A model generated the notes under the pieces. It was not told where the DNA came from, searched no databases, and saw only the letters and a program-made list of their open reading frames with translations. Below, piece after piece: positions 27,541-37,260 of a DNA stretch of 64,000 bases; within the stretch, counting starts at the first letter, position 1; every line of letters starts with the position of its first letter. The translations under genes were made by a program, and so were the position numbers. The stretch is taken from positions 1 through 64,000 of IMG/VR virus record IMGVR_UViG_3300027747_004722; one strand, written 5' to 3'. Origin of the DNA: a virus.

Positions 27541-28216
27541 TTTTGTCCTTGATTGATTCAATAGCATCTTCCATGAACTTATTTACTTTTTTTATAGATG
27601 CTGTCTTGATATCTAATTTCATTCTGTCAATTTTTTTCATTATGGAGTCCGGCACGGTTATAATGTGACATCCTGATTCTCTTGCCTGGACGATGTGTAG
27701 ATTCGTCTGGCACCCCGCCCACAGCACTTCCACATTTTTGTGCGGCTTGTATTGAGCCACCGCGTGTCTGACCAACGGCACGGGATCAACCCCGCAATCA
27801 GTGACCCCGCCCGCAAATACGGAAACTATCACGCTGTTTGTCCGTGGCAAAATTTTCAGAACCGAATCTATCTGCTCCTCCGTATGAACCGCAGTCACAT
27901 TTACATTGATTCCGTTATCCAGTACCGCACATATGGCGTTCAAATTATATTCCCCATTGCATTTTATTATGGGAATTTTAACGAAAATGTTTTGGCCCAT
28001 TGAATTGATTCTTGAAGATTGTCGTACTATTTCCTCATCCAAGTCGGACCAAATCTGAAATGAGCAGGGTCTTCCCCTTGCGACATCAAGGTAGTCTGAT
28101 ATGTATTTTTCGTAGTCTTGGCATCCACTTTGACTGAAGAACGAGGTGTTGGTTGTAAAACCCTTTGATGAATGCTCGTACTCTCTAGGATTATTTCCAT
28201 CGTAGTATATTTTCAA
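27533..28216 (-). CDS. Transaldolase-family protein (short TalC-like)
   Basis: IYYD, GFTTN, FVKIP (Schiff-base Lys), NVTAV, SVFAG, GCHIITVP. Confidence 0.85.
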   Translation of the reverse strand: MKIYYDGNNPREYEHSSKGFTTNTSFFSQSGCQDYEKYISDYLDVARGRPCSFQIWSDLDEEIVRQSSRINSMGQNIFVKIPIIKCNGEYNLNAICAVLDNGINVNVTAVHTEEQIDSVLKILPRTNSVIVSVFAGGVTDCGVDPVPLVRHAVAQYKPHKNVEVLWAGCQTNLHIVQARESGCHIITVPDSIMKKIDRMKLDIKTASIKKVNKFMEDAIESIKDKNG

Positions 28217-30243
28217 GACGCCCCTCCAAGTAATTTATTGAGCCAAATAACACTCATTATCAATGCAAAATAGCCGTGTTCTTTACTTACCTTCATTCTA
28301 AATGGAACAAACCGTATGAAGTAGCAACACATGTAGAATATCGCGTTTTCTTTTGTCGATCCCTTGTCCAGAACAGCCCCCCAGCAATCAGATATTGAAT
28401 CAAAAACCCCGTCCGAAGGCTTTTCAAAAAAATCACTTATGCACTCAAATCTGCCGCCCCCCAGTGATTTGGCAGGAGCCACAATGTCTTTCCATCTCTT
28501 GTATCCCCCCAATGTTGACTGCGCTATTTTTCCAATGTCTTGTTCGGGAGCGTCAAAGAAATCAGACCCGTCCATGTCTATCAATCGCCAGTCCATACCG
28601 TTGAAAAGGATGTTCTCAAGGCTCATGTCTCCGTGTATGGGCGAAATGTGTTTTGGAAAAAAAACCGAACTGTCTAGGTTTTTAAGGATTTTTTTAATAC
28701 CCATGTATTTCTTTCCATTTATTTCCACATGTCCGTCCGATACTAGGCTGCAGAAACCTTCGTCTATTTTTTCATACAAATTTAATTTTAAATTTAATTT
28801 TGATTCTATAAAATTTTTAAACCATTCTTTTCCATTTAATTTTTTTCGCAAAGAATAGACATCCTTCTGCATTTTGTCTGCGATATCGCAGAGAATTTTT
28901 ATCTGGCTGTCATTTTCAAAGGAAGATAAAGTAGAGTATCCTTCCATGTATTCAATGTCATAGAAATAATCAAATTTGCAATCATTTTCGGCCAAAGGTT
29001 TTGGCACTATCATTTCGCTTAAAAACTTAAACCTTTTTATGTCTTCAAACTGCCTTTTCAGTCTTCTGTAGTGCATTTCGTTTTGGGGAGATTTTAATAT
29101 GTGCTTTCTTATTGCTTTATTTCCTGATTTCTCAATCAGATATGTGTCAGCAAAACTATTGCCTTCCATTTTTCCAAGTATCTTCGTAGAAAATTCACAC
29201 GAATACGAATTGATGTCAAACTCTCCAAGACCGCAGTCGCGCTGCAACTCAAAAGATATGGCTTGGGGCTGAAAAGGCTTGGACGGCTTTCTATCGTTAA
29301 TCAGTATGCGATGTCCCGGCCGGCAGTCCATTATGAGGTCGTCATAAACTATGCCCCTTGATCCCAGCAGCTCAACCAAATCACTCTTTCTTTTTCCATT
29401 TCTTGCCGTCGTGAGAATTATTTTGTGTCCGCTCTCACGAATTTCCTTTAGTATCTCACACCCCGGCAGCATTATATTTGATCCCTCTTCGTAATCAGAA
29501 TGGGGATTGTGCTTGATAATTACGCCGTCTATATCACAAAACACCGTGCATTTTGACCTGAGCTCATTCAAAGTCTTTTCATACATCTCCACATCGCCAT
29601 AGAACAGACATCCAGTTGCGGGTACGCACGACAAATGCCTTCCGAGAAGCACCATGTGATTTATGTATTCGGAAACAAAATTGAAGACCGGAGCGGATTT
29701 CAACTCCTCTATTTTCCTAAACCCAAAACAGCCCACTATTCCCTTGAAATCAACAGAATCCACAAATTCCTTCTCCACGGCTCTGACGACCTTGCCATTT
29801 TCCAATATGATTTTAGACCAATTTTTATACTCTTCTGGTTTTATTTCGTAAGTCGGAATCACCAGGTCAAAATCGCCACTGCCTGTTTTTTGCATGATGG
29901 GCAATGCATCAAGACGATGGTCGCAATCGCAAACTATAGACATTCCCGTTAAATTGCGGATTTTAAGTGCCTCTAGGATTGTTTCAAATGGTCCATTGGT
30001 GTCTTTTTCTATTGCGATTACTTCAAAATTTATCTGGTCGCCAATTATGCTCTTCATGCGACGAGCAACTTCGTATTTTTCGTCTTGTTCCCGCGTGCAT
30101 ATAAAGAACGCTCGATGCGCGGAAAGATCGCCGAAACTTTCCAAAGTCTTTTCTATGAATGTTATGTCTCCTATTTTCAGGAACGGCTTAAAGACACCTC
30201 CGAACCTTTCCCCTTTTCCTGCAACCGGAAATATCAGATTCAT
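28213..30243 (-). CDS. Fusion of sugar nucleotidyltransferase, HAD phosphatase and APH/choline-kinase-like domains
   Basis: PVAGKGERF..KP, DCD; CDIDGV, TTAR, INDRK; HGDMSLENI, LID. Confidence 0.85.
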   Translation of the reverse strand: MNLIFPVAGKGERFGGVFKPFLKIGDITFIEKTLESFGDLSAHRAFFICTREQDEKYEVARRMKSIIGDQINFEVIAIEKDTNGPFETILEALKIRNLTGMSIVCDCDHRLDALPIMQKTGSGDFDLVIPTYEIKPEEYKNWSKIILENGKVVRAVEKEFVDSVDFKGIVGCFGFRKIEELKSAPVFNFVSEYINHMVLLGRHLSCVPATGCLFYGDVEMYEKTLNELRSKCTVFCDIDGVIIKHNPHSDYEEGSNIMLPGCEILKEIRESGHKIILTTARNGKRKSDLVELLGSRGIVYDDLIMDCRPGHRILINDRKPSKPFQPQAISFELQRDCGLGEFDINSYSCEFSTKILGKMEGNSFADTYLIEKSGNKAIRKHILKSPQNEMHYRRLKRQFEDIKRFKFLSEMIVPKPLAENDCKFDYFYDIEYMEGYSTLSSFENDSQIKILCDIADKMQKDVYSLRKKLNGKEWFKNFIESKLNLKLNLYEKIDEGFCSLVSDGHVEINGKKYMGIKKILKNLDSSVFFPKHISPIHGDMSLENILFNGMDWRLIDMDGSDFFDAPEQDIGKIAQSTLGGYKRWKDIVAPAKSLGGGRFECISDFFEKPSDGVFDSISDCWGAVLDKGSTKENAIFYMCCYFIRFVPFRMKVSKEHGYFALIMSVIWLNKLLGGAS

Positions 30244-30257
30244 GCCCGTGGCGACAC

Positions 30258-30464
30258 TCACAAGACCCATCTCCAAATAAAATTCAATATCGTGCAGATT
30301 CCCGAAAGAAAACACACGCAATAGAAGATCGTCAAAAGACACCCGGTCACCACGAATTGGGCACGGACTCCCTCCGAAGCCTTTTTTCTCGCATAAAAGA
30401 TGTAACCGCCAGAAACAAGAAACACGACCAGCCACGCCCACCAGAAATTGCCCACGAACTGCAT
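30258..30464 (-). CDS. Small membrane protein
   Basis: 68 aa with two hydrophobic segments; GGAGG upstream. Confidence 0.65.
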   Translation of the reverse strand: MQFVGNFWWAWLVVFLVSGGYIFYARKKASEGVRAQFVVTGCLLTIFYCVCFLSGICTILNFIWRWVL

Positions 30465-30494
30465 TTTTCACCTCCGTATACGGTATATATGCCC

Positions 30495-31079
30495 ATGATG
30501 GGATTTAAAGACTGGCTAGAAAGCACCGTGGGAACCGAGGAAGTCGAGAGCAGGATAGACCAGCTCTACGACAAGGCGAAGTATGCAATCAAGCTTGTTC
30601 AGCTATACGGCCGCTCCACAAACCAGAAGATTCTAAACAACATCAGCACGATAGCCCCATTGAACAGCGGGGTTTACGGTTTGTACACTTCGGCCGAAAA
30701 TAGGAAGGTCATAGGCTCCTCGGTGACAAACAAAATAAAGTTCAAATTCGGTCAAGACGTCATCCAGCAGAACGCACTGAACAAGGTTCCGAACGTCGTC
30801 ATAAAACAGCACATCCCCGACATAGACGAGAGGCAGATCGTTCCTTCGGATGTCATCCATGTCAATGTCCAGAGGATCGTGAGGGAGCTCGGCGACACGA
30901 AGGAAGCCGTCGTGGAGATCGCCAGCACGATCGTCCACGAGGCCACACACGAGATCGAGTTCCAGACCTCGGGCAAGACCGACGAAAGCGGGCCGAAGAG
31001 GGCAGAGGCGGAATTCCACAGGTGGGTTTCCGCCAACTGGCCCCTCGTCCTCTCCAAGATACCCCAGCTCCGATTCTAG
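30495..31079 (+). CDS. HExxH zinc-metallopeptidase-like protein with CTS-like leader
   Basis: MGFKDWLES leader; TIVHEATHE...E. Confidence 0.7.
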   Translation: MMGFKDWLESTVGTEEVESRIDQLYDKAKYAIKLVQLYGRSTNQKILNNISTIAPLNSGVYGLYTSAENRKVIGSSVTNKIKFKFGQDVIQQNALNKVPNVVIKQHIPDIDERQIVPSDVIHVNVQRIVRELGDTKEAVVEIASTIVHEATHEIEFQTSGKTDESGPKRAEAEFHRWVSANWPLVLSKIPQLRF

Positions 31080-31255
31080 TCTTTGAGAACCACGTAGAGC
31101 CCGTGGACGAGCCCCGCGATGTAGAAGCCGAATACCGTGAGCGCCAGGTTCAGAAGGAACTGAACTCCTATGCCCCTCTTGATTGCCACTCCGAGCGGGG
31201 GCAGGAACACCGTGGCGATGACCGTGATAAGATCCTTTGCGTCCATGTCTGACAT
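31076..31255 (-). CDS. YqaE/Pmp3-family membrane peptide (59 aa; not in ORF track)
   Basis: Manual translation MSDMDAKDLITVIATVFLPPLGVAIKRGIGVQFLLNLALTVFGFYIAGLVHGLYVVLKD; AAGGAGG SD. Confidence 0.88.
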   Translation of the reverse strand: MSDMDAKDLITVIATVFLPPLGVAIKRGIGVQFLLNLALTVFGFYIAGLVHGLYVVLKD

Positions 31256-31305
31256 TTGAGAACCTCCTTGCTTATTTTATCTACCCCAGCCAACTACATA
31301 AAACG

Positions 31306-31650
31306 ATGATCACCTTTCACCAATTCCTAGTCAGCGAAGCCGGTCCTCCAACGGGAGGTCCGCCACCCGGCCCACCCGGGGGCCCTCCGGGTCCGCCACC
31401 AGGACCCCCGGGAGGCCCGCCCGCTCCCCTAGGAGGTCCTCCGGGAATGCCATCGGGTCCGCCCGGCGGCGGCCCGCCACCCGGCCCACCGGGCATGGGA
31501 GGGCCGCCTGGAATGGGAGTTCCTCCGGGCGACGCCGGGGCCCCGGCGCCAAACAAAGTTCAGAAGGTCAAGTCTACCGACGTGTGGACGGCCCTGGAGA
31601 AATCTCTGAAATCCGGCAAGGGTGGACAAGAAAAAGTCGAAGAGGTATAG
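31306..31650 (+). CDS. Pro/Gly-rich protein with CTS-like leader
   Basis: MITFHQFLVSE followed by (GPPG)n; TACATA 5 nt upstream. Confidence 0.75.
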   Translation: MITFHQFLVSEAGPPTGGPPPGPPGGPPGPPPGPPGGPPAPLGGPPGMPSGPPGGGPPPGPPGMGGPPGMGVPPGDAGAPAPNKVQKVKSTDVWTALEKSLKSGKGGQEKVEEV

Positions 31651-31651
31651 T
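31623..31651 (+). promoter_or_regulatory. Sigma70-like promoter
   Basis: TGGACA-N17-TATAGT upstream of the SbcD-like gene. Confidence 0.5.
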
Positions 31652-31665
31652 GTTTTCTAGCAGAC

Positions 31666-32757
31666 ATGAAAATACTAATCTTCAGCGATCTCCACATCCA
31701 TCCCCACAAGAAGTCCTCCGCGCGGCTGGACGACTGCCTTAAGGCGCTCGACTGGGCCTTCAGAACCGCAGAGGAGAGGGAAATCTGCAACCTCGTCTTC
31801 CTCGGCGACCTGTTCCACGACAGGCAGAAGATCGACGTGCTGGCCTACCAGAGGACTTTCGAAATCATGGAGGGCCATCTCTCCAAGGGGCGCCTCAAAC
31901 TCCACCTGCTGCTGGGCAACCACGACCTCTGGCACTACGAGAGGCTTGACGTATCAAGCGTGAACCCCCTTCGGACCCTCCCGGGCGTCACGGTGGTGTC
32001 CGAGCCGTCGGTGCAGCGAATATCCGACGGCCGCGACTCTTTCCACATGGGCTTCCTGCCCTACACGCACTCCCCGACCGATGACATCAAGAAGGTCGAG
32101 GAAAAATGGGATTCGGAGGTCTCCAAGCACGAGCCGAGGATCCTCGGGGGCCACATAGCGGTGGACGGAGCCGTCTGGAACGCCCGTTACAAGACGATCT
32201 CGGAGGTGACGGTCGAGCACGAGGGGGACATGGTCAGGGTCGGCCCCGAGGTGTTCCGCAGATGGGACCGCGTGTTCCTGGGCCACTACCACGCCGCCCA
32301 GCAGATGGACGACAGGGTGGAGTACGTCGGATCGCCCCTCCAACTCAGCTTCGGCGAGGCCGACCAGGAAAAGCACCTGCTCGTGTACGACACCGCGGAG
32401 GACAAGTCGGAGTACATAAAGAACGACTTCAGCCCGACCCATTTGATCATAGGCGAGGACCAGGTCGACTCCTCCGGCCTTGCCGGGAACTTCGTGCGGC
32501 TCGAGGTCGACAACATCGCGGACAAGCGCATGTCCGAGCTGCGCCAGAAACTAGTCGAGTCGTGCGGCGTCGCGACGCTGGAGATCAAGCAGTCTTCCAA
32601 GGACGAGTCCCACGTCGTGGACGACGCCAAGTCCATTCTTCAGAACGAAGACCAGATGATAGAGAGGTACGTCGAGCAGGTCGCTCCCGAGGGTCTGGAG
32701 AGGGACGCTCTAGTCCGTATAGGAAAGGGGATCTGCGCCAGAGTCTGCGAGTCATGA
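31666..32757 (+). CDS. SbcD/Mre11 (gp47-like) nuclease
   Basis: SDLH, GDLFH, GNHD, GHYH, YVGSP. Confidence 0.92.
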   Translation: MKILIFSDLHIHPHKKSSARLDDCLKALDWAFRTAEEREICNLVFLGDLFHDRQKIDVLAYQRTFEIMEGHLSKGRLKLHLLLGNHDLWHYERLDVSSVNPLRTLPGVTVVSEPSVQRISDGRDSFHMGFLPYTHSPTDDIKKVEEKWDSEVSKHEPRILGGHIAVDGAVWNARYKTISEVTVEHEGDMVRVGPEVFRRWDRVFLGHYHAAQQMDDRVEYVGSPLQLSFGEADQEKHLLVYDTAEDKSEYIKNDFSPTHLIIGEDQVDSSGLAGNFVRLEVDNIADKRMSELRQKLVESCGVATLEIKQSSKDESHVVDDAKSILQNEDQMIERYVEQVAPEGLERDALVRIGKGICARVCES

Positions 32758-34763
32758 GAAGCCTAGACATAAAATACGCCAAGGCCCAGAACTTCCTCTG
32801 CTTCGGCCCCGACGAAGTGGAGATAGACTTTACCGACAAGGGCAAAGTGGTCCTCGTAAGGGGGATCAACCTAGACGTCCAGGACGGGGAGTCCTCCGCG
32901 GCGAGCAACGGCGCCGGCAAGAGCTCCATACCGGAGATAATCGTCTACACGCTATTCGGCAAGACGATCAAGCACCCCAAGAAGATCGGCCACAAGGACG
33001 TCATCAACAACTCCGTCGGCAAGGGGCTCCGCACAGAGGTCAGGTGGGGCGACTACCGAGTCGTCAGGACGCGCAAGCCCGACGGGCTGCGGCTGTGGGA
33101 GAGCAAGGACGGGGTGTGGGACGACTCCACCGAGATAACTCTCGGCGGCCAGCCTGCCACGCAGAAGCTCATAGAGGAAAAGATCGGACTGAACTACGAG
33201 ACCTTCGTGAACGTCGTGGTTTTCACCGACAACAACGCGGGGAGCTTCCTGGAGTGCGACGCGACCAGCAAGAGGGAGATAGTCGAGAACCTCCTGTCGC
33301 TCGAGAAGTACAAGGGCTTCGCGGAGACGGCCAAGTCCCTCAAGAAGGAGAAGAAGGACCAGGCGAAGCTGGTCGAGTCGGAGGCCGCCGCGATATCCAG
33401 GCAGGTCGCGCAGTCCGAATCTAGGATGAAGATAGCGAAGGACGAGGAGGCCTCCTGGAGGTCGAAGGCCGAGTCCGAAATATCTCATATCAAATCCAAG
33501 ATGGAGGTTCTGAAGTCCTCCCTTTCCGCACCTGCGGGCGACGAGGACGCCAGCAAGTACAGCGAGGCCGTCTCCCGCATCTCGGAGATAAACTCCGAAC
33601 TTCCTTCCTTGGAGGCCAAGCGCCAAAAGTTGGAGGAGATGCTGGAGAAGGCCCAAGAAAAGCTGGCCGAGGCAAAGCGCTCCAAGGACGAAATCGACAT
33701 GGAGGCTAAATCGGCCTATTCGGAGGCCCGAAGACTCGCATCCCTCGCCGAAGACCACGAATCGGAGGTCAGAAGGCTTGAGAAGAGCGAGGGAGGAACC
33801 TGCAAGTACTGCTTCGGCAAGGTGTCCAAGGAGAACTTCAAGAAATACGCAGACCAGATGGCGGAGAAGGCGGCCGGCATACGATCCGAGGCGGAGGCGA
33901 TCCTTGCCAAGAAGGCCTCCGCCGAAGAAAAGGCCGTCGCCGCGGAGGCCAAGATCAAGTCCATGTCAGAGGCCGTCTCCACCGCCAAATCCTCGATCGC
34001 ATCAGCCTCTTCGTCCATAAAAGATATGAGGCTAGAACTCGCAGAGCTCGGAAAGGTCGAGAAGCCTAGGGCCGAAGGAGACCGAACCGGGGTCGTCGAG
34101 GGACAGATCAAGGCCCTCACCGAGCAACTTTCTGAAAGAATGAAGCAGCTCGAGGGGGACTCCCCGTTCAAGTCCATGATCGACTCGCTATCCGAGGACG
34201 CGACGGCCAGGCGAGAAGAGCTGTCCTTGAAGGAGTCCGAACTGAAGTCCATAGAGGGAGAGATGCCCTACTATGACTTCTGGTGCGTAGGGTTCGGCGA
34301 CGCCGGCATAAGGAAGTTCGTCATAGACGGGATCATCCCCGCCCTCAACGCCAGGATCGCCCACTGGTTGCAGTTCCTCATCGACGGTCGAATATCCCTT
34401 GAGTTCAACAACGAACTAGAGGAGAAGATCGAGCGCCGTCCGTCCGACGGCGACCCGTTCGTCTACCACGCGATGAGCGGCGGCGAGCGACGCAGGCTCA
34501 ACCTCGCGGTGTCGCAGGCGTTTGCACACGTAATGATGCTGAACTCCGGGACCCACCCAAGCATCGTTTTCCTGGACGAGGTGACCACCAACATTGACCA
34601 AATGGGCGTGGTTGGTGTATATAACATGATTATGGAACTTGCGAAGGACAGGCAGGTTTTCATCACCACCCACGATCACAACCTCCTAGAAATGCTGACC
34701 GGTTGTGAGGTAATAACGCTAGAGAAAAAAGGCGGATTCACTCGCCTGAAAAATTCCGATTAA
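32754..34763 (+). CDS. SbcC/Rad50 (gp46-like) ATPase
   Basis: NGAGKS, coiled coil with CKYC zinc hook, MSGGE, FLDE, ITTH. Confidence 0.92.
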   Translation: MRSLDIKYAKAQNFLCFGPDEVEIDFTDKGKVVLVRGINLDVQDGESSAASNGAGKSSIPEIIVYTLFGKTIKHPKKIGHKDVINNSVGKGLRTEVRWGDYRVVRTRKPDGLRLWESKDGVWDDSTEITLGGQPATQKLIEEKIGLNYETFVNVVVFTDNNAGSFLECDATSKREIVENLLSLEKYKGFAETAKSLKKEKKDQAKLVESEAAAISRQVAQSESRMKIAKDEEASWRSKAESEISHIKSKMEVLKSSLSAPAGDEDASKYSEAVSRISEINSELPSLEAKRQKLEEMLEKAQEKLAEAKRSKDEIDMEAKSAYSEARRLASLAEDHESEVRRLEKSEGGTCKYCFGKVSKENFKKYADQMAEKAAGIRSEAEAILAKKASAEEKAVAAEAKIKSMSEAVSTAKSSIASASSSIKDMRLELAELGKVEKPRAEGDRTGVVEGQIKALTEQLSERMKQLEGDSPFKSMIDSLSEDATARREELSLKESELKSIEGEMPYYDFWCVGFGDAGIRKFVIDGIIPALNARIAHWLQFLIDGRISLEFNNELEEKIERRPSDGDPFVYHAMSGGERRRLNLAVSQAFAHVMMLNSGTHPSIVFLDEVTTNIDQMGVVGVYNMIMELAKDRQVFITTHDHNLLEMLTGCEVITLEKKGGFTRLKNSD

Positions 34764-34810
34764 TAGACTTACATACCCCTGCGTTTTAACGAATCAAAGG
34801 AACTCAACAC

Positions 34811-35782
34811 ATGATATTTGACGAGCAGATAAGCAGAAAACCAGATCGCTATCCATGGACTCAAGAGTTCATAGAGGCCATGCACAACGGTTTCTGGACG
34901 GACAAGGAATTCAGCTTCCAGAGCGACAAGCAGGACTTCATGGTTTCCCTGGACGAACAAGAGCGGGAGATCATAATCAGGGCCCTCGCCACCATCGGCC
35001 AACTTGAAATATCCGTCAAGAAGTTCTGGGCGAAACTCGGCGACAACCTCCCGCACCCCAGCATCAACGACATGGGGTATGTCATGGCGAATACGGAGGT
35101 GATCCACGGGGACGCCTACGAGAGATTGCTCGAGGTGCTGGGGATCGACGACGCGTTCGACAAAATTCTGGAACTCGACATCATCAAGGGCAGGGTCAAC
35201 TACCTGCGCAAGCACCTCCATAAGTTTCACTCGGACAACAAGAAGCAGTTCGTCTATTCCCTGATCCTCTTCACGCTGTTCGTCGAGAACATAGCCCTCT
35301 TCAGCCAGTTCTACACTATTAGCTGGTTCGGACGCTACAAGAATGTGCTCAAGGACACGAATAAGCAGGTGGAGTACACCAGCCGGGAAGAGAACCTCCA
35401 CGCCATGATCGGCATGAAACTCATCAAGGCGATCAGAAAAGAGTGCCCAGAGCTGTTCGATGAGGAACTTGAGGAGAAGATACTCCACGAGGCCCAGGAG
35501 GCCATCAAGTACGAGATGCAGATCGTCGAGTGGATCGTCAACGGATATGGAGAGGAAAAGCTGAACTCCGAGGTTCTCAAGGAGTTCATAAAGGACAGAA
35601 TGAACCACTCCCTGAAAGAGATTGGATACAAGAAGGTCTTCGAAGTCGATAAGAAACTGCTGTCGAAAACCATTTGGTTTGAAGAACAGGTTCTCGGAAA
35701 CAATCAGAGTGACTTTTTTCACTCAAGGCCTGTAGAATATTCTAAAAAAGGGAAGAGTTTTGCGGCAGAGGACTTGTTTTGA
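34811..35782 (+). CDS. nrdB: Ribonucleotide reductase class Ia beta subunit
   Basis: EVIHGDAY, VENIALFSQF, EENLH, DFF..RPVEY. Confidence 0.93.
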   Translation: MIFDEQISRKPDRYPWTQEFIEAMHNGFWTDKEFSFQSDKQDFMVSLDEQEREIIIRALATIGQLEISVKKFWAKLGDNLPHPSINDMGYVMANTEVIHGDAYERLLEVLGIDDAFDKILELDIIKGRVNYLRKHLHKFHSDNKKQFVYSLILFTLFVENIALFSQFYTISWFGRYKNVLKDTNKQVEYTSREENLHAMIGMKLIKAIRKECPELFDEELEEKILHEAQEAIKYEMQIVEWIVNGYGEEKLNSEVLKEFIKDRMNHSLKEIGYKKVFEVDKKLLSKTIWFEEQVLGNNQSDFFHSRPVEYSKKGKSFAAEDLF

Positions 35783-37260
35783 AAAAATTGACCCACGAAG
35801 AATTTGTGAGCCGCGCCAAGAAGATATATGGTGATCGATATGACTATGAACAATGTAAGTACGAACACAGCCTTAAAAAGGTAATAATATCATGCCGCAT
35901 TCACGGGCCATTCAAAATAAAGCCCAGCAATCACATAAACAACCGTCAAGGCTGTTGGCATTGTGGAAATGAATCGACGGGCGTCAAACAAAAGAGGACG
36001 ACAACAGAGATTGTGAACTTGATTCAGGCAAAGCCGAATTCCGAAGCCTATGATTTCTCTTCGATTGTGGGGGTCAACGACTATAGGTCGGATTTGGTCA
36101 CCGTAGTCTGCAAGGAGCATGGAAGTTACGAACGAACTGTCCGAGACATACTGCGCAGCAAATACTTCGGATGCAAAAAGTGCAAAATAGCAGATGATAC
36201 ATTTACTAGGGAAATATTCATAGAAAAATCAAGCAAGACGCACGACTCCCGCTACTCCTACGACAAAGTCCGCTACACCAAAGCTCATGATCCGGTCGTG
36301 GTGACCTGCCCCGAACACGGCGACTTTGTCACGGCGCCTTACATACACATCAAAGGAGGCGGCTTCTGTCCGATTTGCGTAAGCCACACCAGTTCGTACG
36401 AGATCGAACTCGCCGACTATATCAAAAACCAATTCCCCGACCTGCCGATAAAGACAACCTGCAAGGAAATCGAAGGGGTCAGCGAGGTTGACATCATGGT
36501 GTATTCCGCCAAGGTCGCGCTCGAACTAGACGGCCTCTACTGGCACAGCGACATCTTCAAGAAAAAGAACTACCACCTTGAAAAAACGGTCGCCGTATCC
36601 AAGGCGGGGCACAGGCTCATTCACATATTCGAAGACGAATGGAGAGACAAGAAAGATATTTGCAAGTCGATGGTCGCAAACGCCCTTGGCCAAACCAAAA
36701 CGAAGATTCATGCGAGAAGTTGTTCGGTGCGTGAGGTGCCTTCGCGCGAGGCGTCAGACTTCCTCCAAGCCAACCACATACAGGGGCGATGTGCCTCGCT
36801 CTATAGGTATGGTCTCTACAAAGACGAGATTTTGGTGGCCCTTATGACCTTCGGCGGCAACCGAGTGTGCCTCGGAGCCAAGAAAAAATTGTCGGAGTAC
36901 GAGTTGCTTCGTTTCTGCAATGCCAGGTTCACATCCGTCGTGGGCGGCGCCTCCAAAATCTTCTCCCACTTCGTATCGGCTCACCAACCACAAAAAGTGA
37001 CCAGCTACTGCGACAAAAGATGGGGAACCGGCGGCCTGTACAAAACCCTTGGCTTCAAAAAGGCAAAAGACACGCCCCCCAACTACTTCTATGTCAGGGG
37101 AGGAAAGAGGTTCGGTCGCTTTGGCTTCCGAAAGAATGTGCTCGTCGCCAAAGGGCACGACCCCAACAAAACTGAGCGACAAATAATGTCCGACCTTGGC
37201 TACAACAGGATTTACGACTGCGGGAGCATGAAATTCGAATGGAAAAGAAAACAGGCATGA
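35779..37260 (+). mobile_element. Free-standing Hef-like homing endonuclease gene
   Basis: Three Zn-ribbon modules (CxxHG...CxxC), EVDI...ELDGLYWHS...IHIFEDEW, C-terminal NHIQG...RIYDCG; AT-richer insert between nrdB and nrdA. Confidence 0.8.

Noticed and set aside
27533-28216. Transaldolase as evidence for a cyanophage
   Set aside because: The sequence is divergent and embedded in a glycan island, and no photosynthesis genes are in the window.
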